Positions 57,342 to 64,000 of a stretch of 64,000 nt of DNA are shown one piece after another (position 1 is the stretch's first letter; every line of letters starts with the position of its first letter). The notes under the pieces were generated by a model. It had not been told where the DNA came from, did no database searches, and saw only the letters and a program-made list of their open reading frames with translations. Made by a program: the position numbers and the translations under genes. The stretch comes from Salinimicrobium sp. (GTDB taxonomy: Archaea > Thermoplasmatota > Poseidoniia > Poseidoniales > Poseidoniaceae). The stretch covers positions 2,418-66,417 of the forward strand of contig CAXRAI010000071.1 of the NCBI GenBank assembly GCA_964228865.1, in the 5' to 3' direction.

Positions 57342-59474
57342 TCAGCGTCGCTTGGCTGCTCGCTTCTCCTTCTCCTTTCGGAGGATTTTACATCGTCGGA
57401 TTTGTTCCTTTGCAAGGGCAACCTCATCAGGCGTCAGTCCGCGTGATTCGCCTTGCTCAAAGCACTTGATGGCGTCATCATAGCGTTCCATTTCAGCGTA
57501 GGCCACACCCATGTTGTAGAGGGTTTGACCGCGGACTTGCGCGGGACGAATCATCATCGCCTGGTAGTAGGCATCCACACACTTTGGATAGTCTTCCATG
57601 TAGTAGTAGCAGTTGCCTCGTGCGTTGAGCACAAGGATCACTTTTTCTTCATCGTCGGCCAACAGACTGAGCGATTTGTCGAAACAGGAAAGCGCTTCAC
57701 GGTACTTTTTGTCTTCAAGCAACTGTGTTCCTCGGTTAAACCATTCACGCCCTTGTTGTGCGTCTTGTTCAGGCGTGGTGGTGCGCACCGGTGCAGCGAT
57801 GTTGGACGTGGCTTCCAAGGCTGCCGCAGCCAAATCGACGTCAGGAGACGGGGACTGAACCACAGGCTCTGGCGCGGGAGGAGGGCTGGTCAACAGCAAC
57901 GATGCAGCATCGTCCACATCGACGGGATTCTCCTCGACTGGAGGAGCGGGAAACACCGGTGCAGGTGATGCGTCAAGGTCATCTTGGACGTGCGTGTCCA
58001 CGTCTGTTGCGGTGTCCTCGCTCGGGAGCGCCGTCATCACCTCAGCCGATGGTGAGGAAGCCCCGCGTGCGCGTTCGTGGCACTTCGCAGCCTTCTCGAG
58101 TTCCCCAGCTGCTTCCAGGGCTCGAGCCATGCCGGTCCATGCTGTCGCATCTGTGCTGTCCCTGGTGACTTCCGCCTTCCACAAACCAATGGCCTCGAGG
58201 TGTTGGAGTTGCAAGCTGTGCGCACGTGCTCGTAGGCGTGGTGCATCGTTGGCCAACAACAGTACGACGCGGGCACCGAGTTCTGGGGCTTCTGGCAAGG
58301 TTGGAGGTTGGTCCGGCAGGTGTTCAAGCGCAGATACCTCACCTTCGCCAAGGTCGAGCAACCACGAGGCCAACGCAACTCGGTCACCCTCAGGTGCTTC
58401 TGGTCCAAGGCGTTCCATCGCTTCCTCAAACCATGCCTCCGGGTGATCCTTGCGTGTCAACAATTGCCAACGGCGGTTCCCGACCTCGTCGCTCGCCCCA
58501 CGTTGAATGGCGTTGGTGTATGCATCAACGGCTGCGCCGGTTTCACCTTTGGCGGCATGAACATCACCGACGAGGGTCCATCCTTCGTGACGTTGATCAT
58601 CGAGTCGGATGCTGTGTTGTGCTGCACTCAGCGCATGGTCTTCCAAATTCAGTCGGTGCATGGCCGTGGCTGCGGTGATCCATGCTTCGATGTTCTCCGC
58701 TGCGTCCGTCCTCAAGCGGTCGCGGAGCAGACCAATGGCTGCTTTCGGATGCCCTGCTTCCAACTCATCCTTGGCCTGTGAGATCAGGTCGTCGAGGGTG
58801 ATCTCCTCGGCTTCGTCACCTTCAACGGTTTGAATCGGGTTCGGTTCGTGGTCCTCCTCAGCCTCGACCATGGATTCTTGGACCTGCCTCTGTGCAGCCA
58901 CCACGCTTGCAGCTCGTTCCAGTTCTTCTTGGTCCAAGCGGCCGTCACCGTCGCTGTCGTGGTGGGTGGATTCCTCAAGAACGGCTTGAGCATCCGTCAC
59001 CCCAGCCTTGTCCATGGCTTTGGTGAGGTGTTCATCCTCCCACGTGGCGGTGGGGGTGGGACGTTGAACAGGCAAATCAGGTTCAACAGCTTGTCCGCTT
59101 TGGCATCGACGTCGAATGTCCAACAGCTCAGGGTGATCCGGGTAGTGCGTCAAGGCCCTGGTGGCCATGGCCCCAGCACCGTCGGTGTCGCCCATGCGTT
59201 CGAGCAACACGGCGAGGTTGGCCGTTGCCGGCGCGTGGTCTGGGTCGAGGTCCAAACAGATGGTGAAGGATTGCTTTGCTCCCTTCGCGTCGCGCTGACC
59301 TTCGAGCAAAACACCACGGTTGTACCACGCCATTGAGTTGGATGGATCCATGGCGATGGCCCGGTTGAATCGATCCAGTGCTTCACCGTAGTTCCGACCG
59401 CGTGACAACGCCTCGCCCTCCCTCAGCAAATCGCTGACGTCCGGGGCATCTTCGACCATGGCAGACTCGGTCAT
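57342..59474 (-). CDS. TPR-repeat protein (710 aa)
   Basis: TPR-like units occur at both ends (AWYNRGVLLEGQRDAKGAKQSF; ARGNCYYYMEDYPKCVDAYYQA; LYNMGVAYAEMERYDDAIKCFEQ). There is an acidic/Pro-rich linker and a basic tail KEKEKRAAKRR. Confidence 0.75.
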   Translation of the reverse strand: MTESAMVEDAPDVSDLLREGEALSRGRNYGEALDRFNRAIAMDPSNSMAWYNRGVLLEGQRDAKGAKQSFTICLDLDPDHAPATANLAVLLERMGDTDGAGAMATRALTHYPDHPELLDIRRRCQSGQAVEPDLPVQRPTPTATWEDEHLTKAMDKAGVTDAQAVLEESTHHDSDGDGRLDQEELERAASVVAAQRQVQESMVEAEEDHEPNPIQTVEGDEAEEITLDDLISQAKDELEAGHPKAAIGLLRDRLRTDAAENIEAWITAATAMHRLNLEDHALSAAQHSIRLDDQRHEGWTLVGDVHAAKGETGAAVDAYTNAIQRGASDEVGNRRWQLLTRKDHPEAWFEEAMERLGPEAPEGDRVALASWLLDLGEGEVSALEHLPDQPPTLPEAPELGARVVLLLANDAPRLRARAHSLQLQHLEAIGLWKAEVTRDSTDATAWTGMARALEAAGELEKAAKCHERARGASSPSAEVMTALPSEDTATDVDTHVQDDLDASPAPVFPAPPVEENPVDVDDAASLLLTSPPPAPEPVVQSPSPDVDLAAAALEATSNIAAPVRTTTPEQDAQQGREWFNRGTQLLEDKKYREALSCFDKSLSLLADDEEKVILVLNARGNCYYYMEDYPKCVDAYYQAMMIRPAQVRGQTLYNMGVAYAEMERYDDAIKCFEQGESRGLTPDEVALAKEQIRRCKILRKEKEKRAAKRR

Positions 59475-59513
59475 CGTGTCCTTCCTGTTCGTTCCGAGGA
59501 TAAGGATTGTTGC

Positions 59514-60293
59514 TTGATGGTTGAGGCGGAGGGTTCCTCAATCATGGGCCAATCGGGTGTCATGGTGGAGGTTGCGGGTCCGCATGGTCTCTTCTTCATC
59601 CACGTCCAACCCGGCGACTTCCTCCGTGGATGCTCTCCTCAGCAAGGTCGACGCGATGAAGGCCCGCCAACACCCTGCACGATCGAAACCACGTATGCGC
59701 TGAGTGCTCGCCCTGTCACGCAGCAGCAGTGGGAGTTGGTGATGGGAGAAAATCCATCCAAGTTCAACGAAGGGTGGACGGCCGGTCTTCGTCCCGTGGA
59801 CTCTGTCTCACGTGATGACATCGAAGTTTTTGTTTCACGTCTGAATGAGCAGACCGGTGGCGAGCTTGCCAACCGTAACGGGCTGTACAGGTTGCCGAGC
59901 GAAGCAGAATGGGAATATGCCGCACGGGCAGGGACCGGAGGTCGCTGGTGGTTCGGAGACGCCGACACAGATCTGGATGCTTTTGCCTGGCATGCTGGAA
60001 ATGCCGGTGGCGTCACACGAGAAGTTGGGCAGAAGCAGGCCAATCCATGGGGATTCCACGACATGGCTGGAAACGTTGCTGAATGGTGTGCGGACAGTTA
60101 CGTTCCCAGCCTCGACCATCGGCATGCCGTACAAGATCCAATCTCTACACCTGACGCCCGAGGTGTACTTCGTGGAGGTGCGTGGTACATGGAATCCGAT
60201 TCAACGCGGTGTGCATCACGGCACAGTGCACCTTCATCCTCGCGAAAAGACGGATTTGGATTCCGTCTGGCGTGGCAGCCTCAGGACCATTGA
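59514..60293 (+). CDS. formylglycine-generating-enzyme family protein (SUMF1/FGE-sulfatase domain)
   Basis: Supporting motifs are VTQQQWELVMGENPSKF, EAEWEYAARAG, NPWGFHDMAGNVAEWCADSY and GVLRGGAWY. The start is possibly ATG 59562. Confidence 0.8.
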   Translation: MMVEAEGSSIMGQSGVMVEVAGPHGLFFIHVQPGDFLRGCSPQQGRRDEGPPTPCTIETTYALSARPVTQQQWELVMGENPSKFNEGWTAGLRPVDSVSRDDIEVFVSRLNEQTGGELANRNGLYRLPSEAEWEYAARAGTGGRWWFGDADTDLDAFAWHAGNAGGVTREVGQKQANPWGFHDMAGNVAEWCADSYVPSLDHRHAVQDPISTPDARGVLRGGAWYMESDSTRCASRHSAPSSSRKDGFGFRLAWQPQDH

Positions 60294-60766
60294 TCCATGT
60301 CGGGCCCTTTGGGTTCGATGCTTTGCCCGCTTGGCACGAGGCCGGGCTCGGTGGACCACGGGACTTCGCCATCACTTGGCATCAATTTCATCACGCCAAG
60401 GGCCACAAACCCACGAACGGCTGCTGTGCTTCGCTCAACGACGGGAGTGGCTTCTTCTTCGTAGGCCTGATTCAAATGGTGAACAATGGTTTGGAAATCA
60501 CGCGTTCCGTCCGACAATTCCCACAACAGGCTGTTCATGGCATCCAAGGGCCGGAGGACTTCCTTCGGTGCTCGAAACACCCTCGCAAGGATTCGCTCAA
60601 ATCGGCTGAACCGTTTTTCGATCCTGAGGACCACGGGCCGCCCGGTGTGCACGTCGGCCGCACACCGTTTGCCAACTGCCCCCCTCCAACCCCACCACAC
60701 AGGCGCACGGACGGGATGAAGCCCGTGAAGCGGGTGCTCCTCAGGGACCACGACATCAACGCTCAT
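60281..60766 (-). CDS. PqqD-like (RRE-type) domain protein
   Basis: LRPLDAMNSLLWELSDGTRDFQTIVHHLNQAYEEE fits the PqqD pattern (LxxxGxxxWxLxDGxxTxxxIxxxL). The ORF was trimmed to ATG 60766, because the track start at 61015 runs over the upstream gene stop. Confidence 0.6.
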   Translation of the reverse strand: MSVDVVVPEEHPLHGLHPVRAPVWWGWRGAVGKRCAADVHTGRPVVLRIEKRFSRFERILARVFRAPKEVLRPLDAMNSLLWELSDGTRDFQTIVHHLNQAYEEEATPVVERSTAAVRGFVALGVMKLMPSDGEVPWSTEPGLVPSGQSIEPKGPDMDQWS

Positions 60767-60930
60767 GGTTTCCACGTCCAGTAGAGCAAGATCAGCATCG
60801 ACACGATTCCTGCTGCTGCCGAGATGCGAACAAGGTGTCGACGCCCTTCGAGTCGATCCAGCCACCATGTGGTGGCTCCAAACAGTCCTACGGCTGACAT
60901 GAGGATGGCCCATGCCGTGCCTTCGTCCAT
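60763..60930 (-). CDS. small two-TM membrane protein (55 aa), below the ORF-track length cut-off
   Basis: My hand translation gives MDEGTAWAILMSAVGLFGATTWWLDRLEGRRHLVRISAAAGIVSMLILLYWTWKP. A GAGG lies 8 nt upstream of the ATG at 60930. The stop overlaps the PqqD-like start as ATGA. Confidence 0.4.
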   Translation of the reverse strand: MDEGTAWAILMSAVGLFGATTWWLDRLEGRRHLVRISAAAGIVSMLILLYWTWKP

Positions 60931-60945
60931 GGGCAATGCCTCGGT

Positions 60946-63900
60946 TCAGGGAGATTCTTGTTGGTGCTGAGCAAGCCATTGTGGCCCATAATGCTCCCAT
61001 TGTTCCATCGTCCAACCCTCAGGCAAACCCCCAGCAGGAAGTGGAGGTCCACGTTGTGGTGTGGCAGGCGGTCCAGCACTGATTGGTTCAGCCGCATTGG
61101 CAACCGGTTCAGAGGTGGATGCCGGTGGACCTGCTGCGGATTGAACCTCGTGCACTTCACCGACGTCCACTTCGCGCTTGCGTCGCACCACCACGAGTGT
61201 GATTCCTGCAACCAACACCAGCACACCTCCTCCACCAAAGGCCATGATTTGACCGCTGAATCCTTGGGGTTCTTCGGGCACAACCCAGGCGAATGTGGTG
61301 TTTTTCGATGCCACATGGACGCCGTCTGATGTGGTGATGGTCACCGAAAAATCACCTTCGGACGGACCACCGTTTTGCAGCACTGAGCATCCGACCTTCC
61401 GCTCGGTGGCCACAATGTGGCCCGGTTCAAGCTTCACATGAGCAACACCTTCTGTGGTCAGGGCTCCCAAGCCATCGCATACGACCGCCCATTCGCTTGG
61501 GTGCGAGAACGAGAACGAGAGGTTTTCTTCAAACGACGAGGACGATGAAAAATCCAACGTAATTTGATGCGCCCCTCCGAGTTCGGCACGGCCGTCAGGT
61601 ACGCTCCAATTCGCAGCGACCTCACGGCGTTGGTCCACCTCAATGAGGTGACTTAATTCGATGGTGTACGGTCTGTTCTCTTCGTCCAGTCCACCCCGGA
61701 CGGTGACCTCAATCACGATTCGGGTTCCAAGCGGCGCTGAATCTGGGACGTTGAGGTCGAGTTGGAAGATGCGTTCACTTCCCGTTCCCAACCCAATCAC
61801 GTGTGGCATGTCCAAATCGAGCCCGGAACCACCGTCGATGCTGAGGAAGGTGACCATACCCGTGAGGTCTTGGGTCGAACGGACCGAGACCTCGATGTAG
61901 ACTTCTGGATCCGGCGCATTTCCAAGGTTCATCACCGTGCCGTTGACGGAGACCGAATCTCCTGCGCGCACAGCCGTCATGCTCCGTTCGAGAACCATGC
62001 CCGGCTTCCTCACTGGCTCGACCAAGACTTCGAAATCGTGGATGTCCAGTTCGGTTCCTCCGTCCACGGCCCGGAGGCTCAAGGCCACCGGGATCCCTGC
62101 CGGTGCGGTCGTCGGTGCCAGCAACATCAATTCAAGGGCGTGGAATTGACCGTCGGTGGACGGAACGGGTAGGTTGAACGGCATCGTGATGTTTTCTTCG
62201 TTGACCCGCCACCAGGTGGACCATGAGTCCGGCAATCCATCGACCAAGAGGTGGACGTCGATGTCCGTGTTCCCTTGATTGTCCAAGGTCACGTCCATCG
62301 AGGTAGGGGTGCCGGGCATCAGGCGAAGGAAGGTCTCGTTGGCGTTCATGCTTGCTTCACGGACCTCGATGACGTCGGGCCCGTCCCACCACGGGGATTG
62401 CAGTTCCATTCCGCTGCGCTCTGACGTCAGAAGCAATCGAACCTGAGGAGAGGTCTGGTGAGCCTGCAATGCAGCTGGAGCCGTCAGGGTCATCGACACA
62501 CTCACGGTCGATCCAGCCGTCATCACGGCTTGTGTCCGACTGATTGAAGCGATGGCCCACCCTTCATGTCCCGGGCTTAATTCAGCTTCGAGTGCGAGGA
62601 TGTCTGGCCGATCGGCCAAGTTTTGGATGTCAACCACCATGGTGGTGGATTCCCCTCCTTTGACAGCACCAAACGGGCTGGTTTGGCTGAAATCAAGGTC
62701 GGAGACCATCGATGCCGCGACGTCCAAATCCAAAGCATCCAACCTCGATGTGTCGTTTTGGGCGGTGGCCGTGAGCACGGCTGTTCGCACGGTGTCTGGC
62801 TGCGCGCCTTGCGGTACGGTCAGGAGCAGGTCGATGCCGACCTGTTCGCCCGGCCTGACAAGAACGCTGTTTGATTGCGACCATGCGAAATCTACGTTCC
62901 ATCCACTCGGGAGAGCGCTGGTGTCGATGGTCAGATCAAAGACATCGGAAGCCGCGCCTTCGTTCCTCAGTGTGGCGACAAAGGGGCAGGATTGCTGAGC
63001 TGGACATGATGGCCTTGTTTCAGGCCCCACGAGCACTGGAACGCGGTCGGCCAAGACGGTGAAGGTCATCGGACCTGTGGCATGGATCTCATCATGATCT
63101 GTGCTTGCGTTGAACGTCATGGGGACGAGTCCAACACTCGCATTGGCGTCTGGCTTGAACCTCACGGAGATGTCCATTGATGTGCCAGGCAAGAGGGTAA
63201 ATCCAGTGCTTGGAACCGAACTCCCGTCCATGAAGGTGGTGTAGGTCTCCCAATCAGCAGGGAGGCCTTCGACCCCAGGAACGACACCGGTCGAAATGTT
63301 GCCGTCGTTGAAAATCCGCAAATCCACGCTGCCCCAAGACCCCGGAACGGCGCCAGTGGTTCCTTGGCCTTGGACGCGAACCCCATACGCCTCTGCGCGC
63401 GCTGCCTGATCGTAAATGATCACGACTTCATCCATCCACAAACCGATGTCTTGCACACTGCCGTCGGTGTTGAGGGTCCACCGGAACGCAGAGTTGGCAT
63501 GCAGGTGTCGGTCTGGTGCAAGAGGGATGACCGGTGTGGTGTACCCACCCGAATCGATGGTGAACGTGTTCCAACTGGCACCGTCCGTGAAGAAATCCTG
63601 ATCGATGGTCCCTGCAAATCCAACCAATTCCTCCCATGTTCCAGTGTTGGTTTTCGCTTCGACCGAAACACGGTCTGGGCTGATCACGCTTCCTGTGTAG
63701 AAGAAACTCAATCCCATGGTACGTGTGCCGCTGCTCAATCCGTCAGCAAAATCGAGGGTTGGCGAGGTCAATCTGGAAATGGAATTGGCACTGTAACTTG
63801 AGGACTGACCGTTCCCCACGTGGCATGAGGAACCCATGGATATCGACGTGTCGCTGTTCAATGACCACTCTCCCGTTGCCGTCCAATTTTGCAAGGTATC

Positions 63901-64000
63901 ACAGTTCCAGTAGATGGCCCCTACCGTCATGCGTCCGTTGCCGACATCATTGTTCGGATTATCGTCTGGTGTGGCTGACAAGACCTCCAGACGAAGGGAA
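60946..64000 (-). CDS. giant cell-surface protein with repeated CARDB/NEW3-like beta-sandwich domains, C-terminal TM anchor and Pro-rich tail (5' partial)
   Basis: The frame stays open upstream of the TTG at 63981 to the window edge. At least 5 repeats follow the pattern xNxGNxxD...LPxxW (IFNDGNIS...LPADW; LRNEGAASD...LPSGW; LDNQGNTDI...LPDSW; MNLGNAPDP). The TM helix is GGGGVLVLVAGITLVVV, followed by RRKRE. Confidence 0.75.
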   Translation of the reverse strand, partial: SLRLEVLSATPDDNPNNDVGNGRMTVGAIYWNCDTLQNWTATGEWSLNSDTSISMGSSCHVGNGQSSSYSANSISRLTSPTLDFADGLSSGTRTMGLSFFYTGSVISPDRVSVEAKTNTGTWEELVGFAGTIDQDFFTDGASWNTFTIDSGGYTTPVIPLAPDRHLHANSAFRWTLNTDGSVQDIGLWMDEVVIIYDQAARAEAYGVRVQGQGTTGAVPGSWGSVDLRIFNDGNISTGVVPGVEGLPADWETYTTFMDGSSVPSTGFTLLPGTSMDISVRFKPDANASVGLVPMTFNASTDHDEIHATGPMTFTVLADRVPVLVGPETRPSCPAQQSCPFVATLRNEGAASDVFDLTIDTSALPSGWNVDFAWSQSNSVLVRPGEQVGIDLLLTVPQGAQPDTVRTAVLTATAQNDTSRLDALDLDVAASMVSDLDFSQTSPFGAVKGGESTTMVVDIQNLADRPDILALEAELSPGHEGWAIASISRTQAVMTAGSTVSVSMTLTAPAALQAHQTSPQVRLLLTSERSGMELQSPWWDGPDVIEVREASMNANETFLRLMPGTPTSMDVTLDNQGNTDIDVHLLVDGLPDSWSTWWRVNEENITMPFNLPVPSTDGQFHALELMLLAPTTAPAGIPVALSLRAVDGGTELDIHDFEVLVEPVRKPGMVLERSMTAVRAGDSVSVNGTVMNLGNAPDPEVYIEVSVRSTQDLTGMVTFLSIDGGSGLDLDMPHVIGLGTGSERIFQLDLNVPDSAPLGTRIVIEVTVRGGLDEENRPYTIELSHLIEVDQRREVAANWSVPDGRAELGGAHQITLDFSSSSSFEENLSFSFSHPSEWAVVCDGLGALTTEGVAHVKLEPGHIVATERKVGCSVLQNGGPSEGDFSVTITTSDGVHVASKNTTFAWVVPEEPQGFSGQIMAFGGGGVLVLVAGITLVVVRRKREVDVGEVHEVQSAAGPPASTSEPVANAAEPISAGPPATPQRGPPLPAGGLPEGWTMEQWEHYGPQWLAQHQQESP

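Noticed and set aside
1-64000. CRISPR arrays, rRNA genes, IS elements and long nucleotide-level direct or inverted repeats
   Set aside because: I saw none while reading both strands. The only periodic DNA is the coding Asp-rich repeats reported above. A computational repeat search would be needed to be definitive.

Overview
This is a GC-rich, very gene-dense chromosomal segment of about 50 genes. Many neighbouring genes overlap at start/stop codons, and there are several convergent 3' overlaps. The core reads as archaeal: archaeal-type AlaRS and ValRS, RtcB, archease, the tRNA-splicing endonuclease EndA, a 7S SRP RNA, a geranylgeranyl-reductase family protein and a CxxxY-variant CcmE. Mixed in are bacterial-looking genes: PntAB transhydrogenase, a topoisomerase III-like Topo IA, PepP, class-2 PyrD and an MMPL/RND exporter. 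There is also a heavy load of secreted or membrane-anchored proteins: an S8 subtilase, an M6-like metalloprotease, a PNGase F-like lipoprotein, two thrombospondin-type-3 (TSP3) repeat proteins, a PKD protein and a giant CARDB-like protein. That mix fits a marine heterotrophic euryarchaeon (Poseidoniales/MGII-like), but this is inference only. I saw no CRISPR array, rRNA, transposase or integrase. The most interesting locus is 11.8-16.3 kb. It holds a family-B DNA polymerase with eroded exonuclease motifs and a variant motif C, a small ORF coupled to it, a RecA/RadB-fold ORF with a destroyed P-loop, and a canonical Y-family DinB. This parts list parallels bacterial ImuA-ImuB-DnaE2 and eukaryotic Rev1-Pol zeta, so it is a candidate archaeal translesion/mutagenesis module. 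Other points worth a second look:
- An in-frame TAA separates the signal peptide from the body of the subtilase.
- The PNGase F-like lipoprotein carries Cys-bearing acidic tandem repeats.
- TatC is fused to a Cys-rich C-terminal domain.
- An unannotated 55-aa two-TM ORF is ATGA-coupled to a PqqD-like gene.
- The variant ccmE is an orphan, with no other ccm genes nearby.
All gene starts are approximate because the ORF track reports the longest ATG/GTG/TTG ORF.
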